This document shows, piece after piece, positions 47,074 to 59,800 of a DNA stretch of 64,000 nucleotides (position 1 is its first letter; every line of letters begins with the position of its first letter). Both the position numbers and the translations under genes were made by a program. The stretch comes from Plasmodiophora brassicae (taxonomy: Eukaryota). The notes beneath the pieces were generated by a model. The model worked only from the letters and a program-made list of their open reading frames with translations. It had not been told where the DNA came from and did no database searches. The stretch spans positions 1 through 64,000 of the forward strand of contig CP145416.1 of NCBI GenBank assembly GCA_036867785.1. The letters run 5' to 3'.

Positions 47074-47231
47074 CGCTACGAACTATCCACCGAACGACGA
47101 CACGACCAGTCTACGCAGCAACCGCAGGAATGATGCCGCCGTACGGACTCCGCCACGGACTTTTGCGCGTCCAGCGACGCCCGCATTAATCCCGCCACAG
47201 CCACTATTAACCTACATACGTGTTCGGATGT

Positions 47232-50200
47232 TTATCGGCTGCGTTTGATGGCGACTGATTCCTGATCGTGCTCTTCCTGGGTGGATCCGGACCCGCACAG
47301 CTGGAAGTCGACGGGCGGGCCGTGGGCGATCTCGAGGCGGTACCTGCAGAGGTATCGGCGCGGTCGGCGCGGGTTGAACACGACGACGAGGTCGTCGCGC
47401 GCGCCTTCGAATTCGCCCTGCACCGCGGCGAACTCGAACACCCGCGGGTCGTCGTCCGCCTCCGCGTCCACGTCGAACTCGGCGTTCTCCAGCGCTTCCA
47501 ACAGCACCGGATCGGTCGCCTTCAGATCGCGACGCGGCAGCGTCCGCCGGACTAGGTACGCACCCGCAACTGGTCAATGCACTGCGCAGCGCAGCACGCG
47601 CAATGTAACGTACCGTGCACCACGCGCCAGACGATGCGCCTGCAGGTCGACACGTTCGTGATGGTGAATCGCGTCGCGTTGGAGCAGCTGTCGATGTGCA
47701 CCTGCGGGAACTCGTGGGCGGCGCGATCGAGGGCGACGCACGGGCGCCGAAGCTGGGCCAGCATCGGCACGTGCTGCGCGGACCCGTTGGCGAACGTGAT
47801 GACCAGGTCGGCGGGCACGTCCTGCACCAGCGGCATGGGCGGCCAGCGCGTTGGCGTGCGGAACTCCACGCCAACGCTAATGTTGTCGCCGGGCGATGCC
47901 AGCATCTGTGATCCACGATCCGTCGGTTCGTGCACGACGTCGACCTTGGCGATCCGGAACGTCGACGGTGCCGATGTCGACAAAGTGAAGAGCAGCGGCG
48001 TGGACAAGTCGTTCATCAGCGGCAACCACTTGATGACGCTGCGCGACGCAGCACCCGCCTCCACGACGAACTTTAACGGCGGGTGCGAGTGCTTGCCGAC
48101 GCGCAGCCTCGGGACGATCGCTTCGGCGGACAGACGCAGTCGCAGGGCGTTCCGTTGCAGGACATCGGGGGCGGGCAACCATTCTCCATCGGCCACCGCG
48201 CCGCTGCCCGGTGCGAACAGGCCCGATTGCGCCTGTAACGTCGCCAGCGACGCCGACCGCATCAGCATTCGCGACTGAATCCACCCGCGGATCGGCGCGG
48301 TCGTCGGGTCTGCCGGTGCCGCCAACCGCAACGTAATGACCGACGACGATTGCGCCGGGACGACTTGGTCGACGGGTTCCACCCGGAACGGGAACGGCGA
48401 CGTGGCCAGGTCGATCGGTCTCGGGTCTGTGGGCATCCAGGTATCAAATACATCGATGCGCAGCGAATGCGTCAATGGCGGAGTACCGTATGGGACCACG
48501 GTGCAGGACAGGTTGCCACACGGGTCGGGTAGCGAGATGTCGACCCGGACGACAGCGTTCGGATCGACAACGGACTCGTCGTAGACGTCCCACTGCAGGC
48601 GGATGTCGAACGATCCGCTGTTGCAGATCGTGACGAGCTTGTCGTGCCGACCGGATCCGACCGGGACAGGCTGGTACTGCACAAGGGGGCCCGGTCGCAA
48701 CCCGACCGTCGTCGGCAGAATCGACAGCGGCGACCCGGTGATGCACACCTGGACTAAACCGTTAGCGACCCGCCCGCACCCGGTGGTGGCAGAAGCGCCT
48801 CATGAGCAACCTGAGTCGGGATACGAATCGGGCTGGGAAGGCCGTCGACTGCGCAGATGAGTTCATCGTTGAACTGGCCGCAGAGGCTATTGAACGAGAA
48901 CAGGCCGATCTCGACCATCGCCCACGGTGGCAGGACGCCCGATCTCGGGTACGCGACGAACGCGGCCGCCCGACCCGTCAGCAGCCGTTTGATGTTCTCA
49001 GCGCGTTGACGCTGCTGGATGAATCCGCGGCCCGCGTCCGAATGAAAACTGAACTTCTCGTAGTCGTTCGCCAGTAGGCGATCGAACCCCTGAGGCCGAA
49101 CAGGTTAGCGGGCGCGTGTCATCTGCAACTGCGCGACTGCATCACGGACCCGAGCCGTGGCTGGCGCGTTCCGATCACCACTGATGCATTCGATCCAATC
49201 GTCCGGGTGGTTCAGGCGTCGCAGTTCGTCGACGGTGCGGTCCAGGCCCGGGTCAAGGTCGTCCCCGGACGCCATCGACAGCCGGAACCGCGACGGCACC
49301 GCTGAATGGTTCCGCAGGCAGAGGCGAATCTGATGTTCGCTGCGTTCGCGGAACATGCACGTTAGGCGGCTGATTGGGACACTGTACGAACGACGCACGT
49401 CCCAACCTGTAGATGTCCACCACGCCGAAATCGGCAACGGGCGCGCTCTCGGTGTACGGCAGGGCGCGGGCGAGCTCGTCGCGCAGTTCCTTGTGCCTGT
49501 CGATCGTCTTGGATTCCTGCGCTCGCGCGTCCTGCCGAGCCGAAATCCGTATCGATTCCCGAATCAGGTCGTCTCGTCCGGCGACGCCGTCGGCAACGTC
49601 GCGAAGGTGCGCGGACACGCCTGCAACAATCCATCGTCAGGGCGACTGAGTTGGACGACTAGAGCGAGACGCTCTCCGACGAAGATCATGGACGCGCGCA
49701 CGGACGCGGACGCCGAGAGGGACGGCGATCCCGCCAATGTCGACAGCCAGGATCATGTCCAGGTCGCCGGGCTGGACGCACGTCAGGGACACTTTCGAGA
49801 CGACTTCGGTGAGGCCGCCCAGCGACGCTTGCGACGGCGAGATGCGGCACTGGCCGACCATTGCTGCCACGAATATTAGGGCGCGCGGTCATATACGACC
49901 GGCGGGCGTACCGTTGCCGGACGACGACGAACCGTCCCATTGCAGGACGGCGGGCAGATTCGTGCGATTCACGACAGCGACTTGGAACTGCGACGGGACC
50001 CGCACGTAGACGTCGCCGAGGTCGATGACGTTCTGTCGCAGGACGATGTCCGGGGCCTGCACCTCGGCGCGAGCTTCGACGTACGCGCCCGTGCCGCCAT
50101 CCGGCACCTCGACAGCGACCGTTGCACGGTACCGTCCGCACCGAATCGGCGAGAACGACACGGCGACCTGCAGGGTCGCACCGGCGGGGATCACGCCCGA

Positions 50201-52725
50201 GCTCGGTGCGAACGACAGCTGCGACCCAGGTGCGTGCCCGGTGCGATTGCATTGTCGGCACCCGCGCCGATCCGGGAACGGAGGCCCAGGGAACCCGAGC
50301 TCGGTGACCCCAAAGGCAACCGGGACAGTCAGCACATTCCTTAACGTTAGCAGGCGCGTGTGCCGCACTGCTGCAACGCCAAAGTTCACCAAGCCGAACT
50401 CCAGCGCGCTCTCCTCGATGGATACCATCGGCCCGATGACATCCGCTTCGAGGCGCACGTGAACGGGCGCACCCAGCGCGACATCGCAGTCGAGGTGTGC
50501 GACCAGTTGATCCAGGCGCGTGGCACGCCCAGCAACGACCACGGACTGGACGGCGCCAGGCGCGATCTCACCCTGGCGCGGTACGACCGTGACGTTGTCC
50601 AGCGATGACCGCCAGCAGAACGCCGTCTGAGAATCACCCGCGTTCCGAATCGAGATGGTGGACGAGAATTCCGCGCCGACGACAACGGGGTCCGGTAGGC
50701 GAAGCACCCGGGGCGTGCAGATCAGGTCGCACCCGGTGCTGTTCCCGCACAAGCGCAGATCGAGGTACGGAGACAGGTCCACGATCGCGTCGGGGGCGAC
50801 CTCGACCGGCACGGACCAGTGATCCACGGGCGCCGGTTGCAATTTCCGGTGCCGCGCCACGCTCCCTTCCACGACGCGGCGCAGGGCCAGGACCGCAGTT
50901 TGCTGCCAACTGCGCGCGCAGCGAATAAATGCGGGAGCCGCGCGCTACATCCGTCCCCCGTGCGGCTCACGTACCTGTCGATGCAACCCGGACGGAATTC
51001 CACGACGAACTGGACGACGGAGTGTGGCAGGAAGTCGCCCTTGATGGGGACGATGGAGAACGGGCCGGCGCATCCGTCGCCGAACTGCCAGACGAAAGCG
51101 GCGCCGATCGACGACACGTTCCTCAACGAGAACGCCTTACGGGCGATGCCCTGGACGGTGATAGGGCGGAAGACGATGGCGCGGATCGGGTCGTCGCCGA
51201 CGCATTTCGCGCCGCTGATGCTATCCAAGACAATGTCGACCTCGGCGCTGTCGCCGGCAATGGTCAGCGTGCGTTCGCTGCACGTCTCCTGGCAGCGGAT
51301 GGTGAACGTCTCGACGATTGCGCCGCGGTCTTCGCCTTTCGGCGCGAACGTCACCGATAGGGACATGGTCATGCCGGTGTCCAGCTCGAACGCCGCCGGA
51401 CTCAATGTGATTGGACCGGCCTGGACCGCATCGGCGGTCGATGCGCACGCGTCCTCACGCGCCGACATTATCGTAAACCGGCCCGGGCCGCCTTTGTTCG
51501 TGAACGCGACGTTCAGGACGCGCTGTGAGAACAAGGCGCACGGAGGGATGGCGACCCGACCAGGTAGGGTGAGCTGCGGCGGCAGACGTAGCGCGACAAG
51601 GGGGACACGCACGGCAGTGCTCGGCCCGCGACCATGGGCGGCATACACGAGCAGCTCGTCATGGTAATCGCGGAGGTCCTCAGGCGTGAACTGAACACGC
51701 GCCCGCATGCACATGCCGGGTGCGACCGCGCCGGACGCACCTTCGTCCTGCAGGTCGATGCGGAACTCGGGCGTTCCCGGGCCTTCGACTCGAAACCGTG
51801 TGGAGTGCGGGCCGGCATTCATCAGTGCCAGCGCCATCTCGTACGTCCGACCGACCTGGAAGTCGCGAAACTCGATCCGTGCCGGCCGTGGCACAACCGG
51901 CACCGTCGACCCGATCGTCGGGTCGTGCAGTGGTGCACGAATAAAATCCAGCTTCCGGCGCATGCGCCGAAGCAGGGCCCGGTTCGCGGCGATCTGTTCG
52001 CTGTCCAACGCATCGATCGGTGCGCCACGCGCCTCCTTCGCGAGCTGACGGCGTTCGCGCTCCTCCCGCACCTTTCCTCGCACCTCGTCCACGAGCGTCA
52101 CGTTCCTCTGCGCGTGCACGCCAGTCACGTCAACACCGGTAGAGTCCCGGCGTTGGACGGAGAACGGCGTATCTGGAGGGGCGGGCGCCGATCCGGGTGC
52201 TGGCACAGGAGGAGTGTCGACTAGCGGGAGGCATCGCTGGAGGACTCGGCGCGTATCGTTGGACATAATGCATCGCATGTCGACGAGGTTGTTCCGGGAG
52301 AGGACGTCCGGGTCCAGGCGAACCTTGGACTGGGACGTGGGGATGTCGACGCGCGGGATGATGCCTCGGGCAGAGAGCGACGCGTCCTGGTCACCCTGTT
52401 CGGTGCGCCCGCGGGCGATACGCGCGGACAGGTATGCGCTGAGCTCAACGGCGCGAGTCTGCGTTTCCTGAAGGCGGCCGACGATTGCGGCTGCGGTTGC
52501 TTTTGTCGTGGACGATGGCGCCCATTGGGAGCCGTCAGCGGCAGCGGCGCAAGCATGATCGGCATCGGTGATCGACGTCGTGTACAGATGGGGGAATGAA
52601 AGCTGCAGGGAGGCCTGCAGGGAGTCCTGAAGGACGCTAGCGGGTGGTGCGGCCGCATCCGGGACAGGAACAGGTGCAGACGTCGCTGCTCCGGGGTCGG
52701 GGACCACGGGCGCCGCCGCGCTCAT
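47232..52725 (-). CDS. DLEC1: DLEC1/CFAP81-like ciliary protein with repeated ASH/PapD-like domains, multi-exon
   Basis: IEFRDFQVGRTYEMALALMN...VAPGMCMRARVQFTPEDLRDYHDEL...LPPQLTLP...NKGGPGRF matches the DLEC1 N-terminal pattern. Many LEFG/IDLG...lxN repeats; C-terminal GSTQEEHD. Confidence 0.8.
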
Positions 52726-52861
52726 CTCGTTAGCGCCAAACGTGCGCCGGCCAGTATATGGAACTAACGATAACGGAGTACTGTTCGATCACCATGGGAC
52801 TGGAACGACTATCTATCCGTCTTGGAAACTGCCAAGGCACGCCGCTGCCGTGTGCTAATAG

Positions 52862-52933
52862 TTCGGTATAGTTCAGGGGTCAGAATACGGCGCTTTCACC
52901 GCCGAGACCCGGGTTCGATTCCCGGTACCGAAA
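52862..52933 (+). tRNA. tRNA-Glu (anticodon TTC)
   Basis: Acceptor stem TTCGGTA/TACCGAA, anticodon arm CGGCG-CTTTCAC-CGCCG, T arm CCGGG-TTCGATT-CCCGG, and a T5 Pol III terminator at ~52938. Confidence 0.96.
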
Positions 52934-53412
52934 ACTGTTTTTGCGCCTGCCCGCCGACGCCGTCAGCTATATTGTCGTTTTCATCCAAAATGGAATTTCT
53001 TGCGACGGTTGTTAGCCGTGAGTCCAATTATCGCGACTGGTGAGGATTGCCCCGGATGGCCAAAAATGCCGTACGCCGCCTGCGACCAGCGCGGGTCCGG
53101 TTGCCAGCTATTGGACCCGCGATGGTGTCGTCCGGCTCCGGCGATCGTGCATACGCTACCAGCATCTCCTATCACACCTGGACGAACATTTGCAGCATCC
53201 TGTCCCTGTATTTCGTGGAAGCTACAGGTTTCAAGTCAAACCAGCCGAGCCACCGCGCTCGCGATAGTTGGTGCCAACTATCGCGAAAAAACTGCGTGGC
53301 GATGGTTGATAGTCGGGGCGATTGCATTTCGGACGGCAATCGCCAATACTTTGGCAAGCGTCTGCCCCACGCCCCATTGGTAAACAATACGTTGCTCTGT
53401 TTTATCGAGCCG

Positions 53413-54895
53413 CTATCCGTACAGAGCGACCAGCATGCAGTAATCGCGAATCACGTCGGGATCCAGCGACGATTGCGGGTATGCCTCTTTCGTGTATCGC
53501 TGTTCGTAGAAGAACACGGTTTTGGAGAAATACCTCGGGAATGTGATGCCTAGCGACCGTGGCTCAGACGGACATTGCCTAGTGGGGTGCGCTTTGGGAT
53601 ACGTGTGTACTTCTCACCTTGCCAGCAGTGGATGTGGTACACACCCGCTGTGGGATCCTTCGACGTACTATCCGCATCGATTTGCGACGGATTGCTATCG
53701 TGCTCGTCGTCGTCCAGCAGATGGTTGACGGCGAGCTCCCCGGCGTACATGCTGGTGACGCCTCGCCACCACTTTGGCCAGACGATCTCCTCACCGGGGC
53801 CGAACTCCTTATCCAGGAAGTGCCGCGCCACGTGCTCCGTCAGATTCGTCAACGCGATCACGGTCTGCACTGCGATCAGTGAGCACCGCGGAATGGCAAC
53901 CGTTCCCCAGCCGTACCTTCGAGTCGCCGAACCAGGTGCTCCCGACGCAGAACGCGCGCCGGTGCCGCAACCCGAGCTTCTCAGCAATGCCGACCAGCCT
54001 GTCCTGCGTGTACCGCATCGTGGAATAGGCGCCGCGCCCAGTGACGAACCGCGTCGGGCGCCACGTGAAGAACGACGGCGTCAGGAACACGTCCAAGTCG
54101 GTCCTCAGCAACTTCGAGTACGACAGCAGCAACCGCCGATACCGCTCGTCGTGAACATACACGAGGCTTCGCATGTACTCGTAGGATGCCTGACGCGGCA
54201 GAAGAGCGTCAATCGTTGTGACGTATACACGACGGCGTCGCAGGCGCGCTTGCCTGGCCCCAGTAGTCGGTGCCATTGGGGGTCTGCTCGACAACGACGC
54301 AGCGATGCCTGCGGCGCTCCCGGGTCGACACCTGCACGCCCGACGTGAACGTTTTCGGGTCGACAACGACACAGTCGCCAGGCAGGTGCGCGACGGCGTC
54401 GCGGTGCGAGAACAGGACCAGATCCGTCGGCCGCGAATCCGGATCCAGCTGGAGCGGCGCCGTGCAACGCGCCCAGGAGCCGTGCAGCATGTGGTGGACC
54501 TCGCTGAGGAACTTGCTGCCATCGGGGACGTACGCGATGACGGCGACCGCGTCAGCGGCAACCGCCGGCTCGCTGCGTAACTCCACTGGCGCAGGCGACC
54601 CTGGATCGTTGCCAGCCTGCAGGTCGCCGCCCGTCGTCGCAGTCGGCGTGTCCGGACCATCGTCCGGCGATAACGACGCCATCGGCGGTGTTCTGGTGCC
54701 GTTCCCAACTCCGATGTCCTCGGGGCGCCGCACCGCGTCAAGCGTCGACGTCGACGCCGCCCCGTCAGCGATGACCATCGGCGGCGGCGTCGCCCCGACG
54801 GCGAGCAGCTGGAGCGACAGGACGGCGGCGCCGACGGCACAGACGACCATCAGCGCGTACAGCAGCGGCCGTCGCAACCATCCGTCGGCGGGCAT
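53413..54895 (-). CDS. Type II membrane protein of uncharacterised family with DxD motif (glycosyltransferase-like), multi-exon
   Basis: N-terminal TM; LLRTDLDVFLTP, GRGAYS, VGSTWFG, WPKWWRGVTSMYAGELAVNH, YHIHCWQ and YFSK. Confidence 0.6.
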
Positions 54896-55172
54896 GGCGA
54901 CGGTGCGCGCGAACGCGACGCGCGCGCGGACGGGTCCGCCGGGGACGTTGTATACATGGCCACAAGGTGCGCGTGCGCGCGCTCTCCTCACGAGACAAGC
55001 CCGACGGTGCGCGCTGCAACGTCGTCTGAGCCGCGTTTTTTGTGGTCAGCAGCGCGCCGCGTCGCCGTGGCAGCGATGAGGTCCCGGGTTCGACTTACCG
55101 GATCGCGTGCGGAGTGCTGCGTCTTTTGGGATTCCGACCGTCGGTGCGACGCGCCCCGTCGCTGCGTCGAAG

Positions 55173-56131
55173 ATGATCTGCGTCGAGTGCGGCCACGATG
55201 TCAGCGACGTGTACAAGGAGTTCTCGCGCGGGTCGTTCCGCCTCACACGATGCGTGCGTGCCGGGCGGCCGGGGCTTGTCGTCCGGCGTCGTCGTTCGCT
55301 GACGTCTGCCCCGGCAGGACCGGTGCCGGAAGACGGCGGACAAGTACGTCGAGTTTGAGCTCATGCTGGTCATCATCGACCTGATCCTGCAGAAGGCGCA
55401 GGTGTACCGGCACCTGCTGTTCAACCAGCTGCCGACCGTCGAACCGACGCTCCTGCATCGCACGATCCTGAAGCTGGTCCCGGGCATCCTGTTCTTCGAC
55501 GTGTACCTGCACTGGCATCGCCTGCGCCTGCACTACAGCGTGCGCCGGCCCGCCCTCGTCGTGTTCGACGTCGCCCCGTTCGATCGGTACGCGTCGCTGT
55601 TCTGGTCGGGCGTTCGCATCCCCCCAGCGGCCCACGCATCGCCTGACAATCCCTGTCGCGCCGCAACAGGATCGCCACCGCCCACTTGTTCGTCTACATC
55701 GTCGTCATCGTGGTGGCGACGAGGCTGCTCTACGGGAAAGGCATGGCGCGCCGCGTGCCTGCCGTCGCCCGGCCGACACCGGCGTCTGACTGTGACGCAG
55801 GTGTCGATTACGGGCAGCTGGTGCGCTCGATCGTCATATCGAGCTTCGGCAAGCTGCTGGTCGTCCTGATGATGATCTGGGAGAGCAACGCGTACTACGG
55901 CCCGATCGTCAACCTGTTCGTCCTGACCAGCAATGTCACCGCGCTGCGCGTCTTCCTGAAGACGACGCTGCTCAAGGTTGGTCACGCGCTGCGCGTCCGC
56001 TGGACGCCCCCCGCGCTGACAGCACATCGTCGCAGAGCGTCTGCATTATCAGCGCTGCGGTCGTGGCCAAGATCTGCCTGCAACTGGTCATCGTTGCGCT
56101 GGACCCGGGCATGATTGTCACTGTACTCTGA
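55173..56131 (+). CDS. ARV1: ARV1 (ER sterol/GPI homeostasis protein), multi-exon
   Basis: MICVECG...RLTRC|DRCRKTADKYVEFE...IDLILQKAQVYRHLLFN, and SSFGKLLVVLMMIW. Confidence 0.93.
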
Positions 56132-56279
56132 TGGGTCCCGTGGGGGTCGCTGCCGCCACCATCGGTCCGCCTGACACATCGCCCTGTGGGAATACTGTCT
56201 TCATCCGACAAGATTGGGCCAGGGGGAATGGTGCGAACTGCGAACGCGCGTCTGTCCCTAAAATAGTCACTGGCACACC

Positions 56280-56765
56280 ATGTCGCTGTCGTCGTCGTCC
56301 CCGACCGATCATGAGTGGGTGCATGTTGAGGACCTGATCAGTCAGCTGCAACTGGAAGACGACGCTGCGCGCGACAGGAGCACGAGGGGCCCGGAACCGC
56401 TGCCGTTGTACCGGTTGCCCGCCGGCAACGCCCTGGGGCACGGCGTCATCCTTCCCGTTGCCGAGTGCCCCGTCTGTCGTGTCGACCTGCGCGGCAGGCC
56501 GACCTTCGCCAGCCGGTGGAACCATGTCGTCGGTTGCGCGCGAACCCATCGACGACGACCACAGACGATGCCGGACGCGGGCGACGTCGCGCTGCCCGCT
56601 GCGTTCCGGTTGCCGCCCGGGTCGCCGCTGGGCCAGGGCGTCCTGCTGCGCCACGACCAGTGCCCCGTCTGCGCCGTCGACCTGCGCTCCCGGGCGTCGT
56701 ACATGGCGCAGTGCAACCACATCGTCGGCTGCGCCCGGGCCAGACGGCCGAACGCGTCGCAGTGA
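56280..56765 (+). CDS. Small protein with two duplicated C2HC (UBZ-like) zinc fingers
   Basis: CPVCRVDLRGRPTFASRWNHVVGC and CPVCAVDLRSRASYMAQCNHIVGC, each preceded by RLPxGxxLGxGV. Confidence 0.65.
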   Translation: MSLSSSSPTDHEWVHVEDLISQLQLEDDAARDRSTRGPEPLPLYRLPAGNALGHGVILPVAECPVCRVDLRGRPTFASRWNHVVGCARTHRRRPQTMPDAGDVALPAAFRLPPGSPLGQGVLLRHDQCPVCAVDLRSRASYMAQCNHIVGCARARRPNASQ

Positions 56766-56847
56766 ACGCGCGCGCCCTCGTGTACATACAGGCGGCCTAC
56801 ATAGTTGACCGTCGCAGGTCGGGTGTATTCATCGGGCGGGCGCCGTC

Positions 56848-59800
56848 CTACGGGAAGATCTTCTTGCACAGCTCGACCAGGGCCTTGATGTTGGGCAGCA
56901 GGGCCTTGACCTCGATCCACGAGTCCGTGATCAGGGCGATGTTCGCCTGCGTCACGCCGGCCTTGTTCCGCGCCGCCAGCGCCTGCGCCAGGCGCGCCAG
57001 CGCCCGCGTCGCCTCGGGCGACATCTGCCCGCGCCGCACCCGGTCGTACAGGTCGCCGTCGAACCGCGCCTGCGCCGCCTGGACAACGTCCCGGTCGCTC
57101 GGCGACTCGCACAGGGACGCGACCGCGTCCAGCGCCGACCGCAACTCCTCGACGAGGTCGTCCCCGGCGCCTTCCGCCGCCGTCGTCACCGGCGACGGCG
57201 GACGACGAGGCACCACCGGCGACGGCGGACGCTGACGGTGCACGTCGGGCGCCGGCGCCTGCTCGCTGAAGAAGCTGCTGCTGCTGGGCGGCGATGCCGT
57301 CGCCGGACGATGCGCCGGCGACGACAACGCGCCGTTCACCGGGCGGTGCGGCGCCCCCCGCGACGACGCGTCGGCGGCGAGCGGGAACGGACGCCGCGCG
57401 CTGGACGGCGGCGGCCCTGAGAAGCTCGCGTGTGGCGGCCCTGAGAAGCTCGCGTGTGGCGGTGGGGGCGCTGCCGGGCCCCGGAACGGCGTCGTCGGGA
57501 CGCTGCGCGCGTGCTCGTCGACGACCGGCGGGGCGTACCGCGGCGCGTCACGAGACGGCCACCCGTGATCGGCAACAGGCGCCCGTGGACCGGCACCTGG
57601 TCGCCCAGAACGGGCGGCGGCCGGCGGTGGAGGCGCACCGCGACCCGTCCAGGACGGCGGCGGCCCTCGTGCCGCTGGGTGGGTTGGACCCGGAGGCGGC
57701 CCTCGTCCTGCTGCTGCTGGTGGTGGTGGACCCGGCGGCCCACGTCCTGCTGGTGGGTGGGTCGGACCCGGTGGCCCACGTGGTGCACCCGGTGGCCCAC
57801 GTGCTGATGGTGGTGGTGGGCCCGGTGGCCCTCGTGCTGATGGTGGTGGTGGTGGACCCGGTGGCCCTCGTGCTGATGGTGGTGGACCTGGTGGCCCACG
57901 TGCTGTTGGTGGTGGTGGTGGACGTGTCGCTGGGTGGGTCAGCGTCGACGACCCGCGACCGGGCCAGGGCCCCGGCGGTTGTCGTGCCGCCGGGCTGGAC
58001 GGCACCGGGGAGGAGCGCCCGCCGGGACGGGACGGCGGGCGACCGGGCGGGCCGACAGCTCCGGGCGGCGGCGGTGGCCCTCGAGGGCCTGGCGTGAGGC
58101 GCACCGGGCGCGACGCCATCGGTGCGGGTGACGCCGACGATGCCGACATGGGGCGACCGGGGACGGGGGCGCCGCGCCCAGGTGGTAGACCGCGCCCGGG
58201 GGACGGCGCCGGTGGCCCTCGCCACGACGAGGCATCCGGCGGAGGCGGTGGCCCTGGGCGACGATGTGGGGTCGGGGGGCCGGCCGCGCGGAACGGGCCC
58301 GGTGGTGCACGCGACAACGACGACGGCGGCGGGACGGACACGGGGCGACGGTCCTGGGCGGCGAACCCGGCCGCCGCCTGCTGCGGCTGCTTCATGTAGG
58401 CGGGGCCGGGCGAGACGGCCTTGCGCGCGTACCCGCTGGCCGCCGGGCGCCGCTGCGAACGAACGTTAGGGGACGCAACAGCAGCGACGAGCGGTGACGT
58501 CGCGGTGGTCCTGACCGAGTCGAGTGGGGCGGCTCTGGCGCCGTGCGACGACGACGCGACGGGGCGGACCGGGAAGGGCTGGGGCGGGGGCGCGAACCCG
58601 GCCGGCGGCACGTCGCTGTAGTAGATGCGGTAGGCGAGCTCGCCGGCCGACCCGCCCGTCAGCTGCAGGAACGCGAGCGCCTCGGACGTGGCGCCCTGCG
58701 CCGACAGCAGGCCGGCGTACTCGCTGTACAGGCCGGACGCCTGCGCGCCGACCGGCAGACCAGTCGCCTACACACACACACTCGTGTTCAGCGGGAGCAG
58801 CACGGGCGGGCGCAGGCGCGCGCGTACCCTGGCCATGACGAACAGCTTCTCGACGGCGCTCTGGAGCGCGTCGACGGGCGACCGGGCCTGCCCCTGGCGC
58901 TGCTGGCGCTGCTTCTGCCACTGGGCGGCGGCGCCGTCCAGGTCGCGGCTGCACAGGCAGCAGGTGACGGCGGCGTTCGCCTGGCCGGCCCGGTCGAGGC
59001 GGTCGACCAGGACGCGGACGATGTCGACAAAGTCGCCGGGCGCCGCGTACGTCAGGATCAGCGCCAGCGTCTCGCGCCAGCGTCCCAGGTCGGACCGCGA
59101 CACGTACGCCCGCATGTCGTCCTTGCCGGCGACGCAGGCGGCAACGGACCGGATGTAATGCTTGCGGTGCTGGGCGATGTAGAGCGCGTGGATCTCCGCC
59201 TGCAGGGCCGGGTCGCCCAGCGACGCGATCAGCAGGGCGTCGGCCATGCGGTCGTGTTTCGCGCAGAAGCGCGCCGCCCCGGGTAGGTCGCCGACGACCA
59301 GCGCGTTGTTGATCGACGTGTCCACGGGTGACATGTGCTCGGCGTCGTCTTCGACCGCCGGAGGCGCCCGCGCGGCCGTCTACACACACACACACACACG
59401 TTAGGGGTCGGAGAGGCACGCCTGGCGCGCGCACAGGAACGGCCCTACAGGGGACGATGATCGCGACCGCGACGTCGGCCCGTTGCTCGTCGGGCTGAGA
59501 CGACCGGGATCCGCCTCGTGGCTCTTCTCGTCGCGCGACAGCTGCGTGAAGAAATCCTCGTCGGACACCTCGTCTGGGGGCGCGCGCGCAATCAGATGGG
59601 GCGTCAGGGCGAACGCTCAGGCAGGTCTCCCGGGAGGGCACGTACCGATCCGCGGGTGCTGCACCGGCCGGGACCCTCTGGGCGGTGGTGGTTCGCTCTC
59701 GGACGACGCCGGCGATCGCGCCGATTCGGGCACGGCAAACCCGAGCCGGGACAGGTACCGCGCGCGGGCATCGGGCTCGAACGACATCTGCAGGAACTCC

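Noticed and set aside
53000-53410. ORFs downstream of tRNA-Glu, or a tRNA-targeted insertion
   Set aside because: No recognisable motifs, terminal repeats or duplicated tRNA end.
57400-57920. GGT-rich tandem repeats
   Set aside because: They encode the Pro-rich (RGPPGPPPP) region of SEC31 on the minus strand and are not an independent element.
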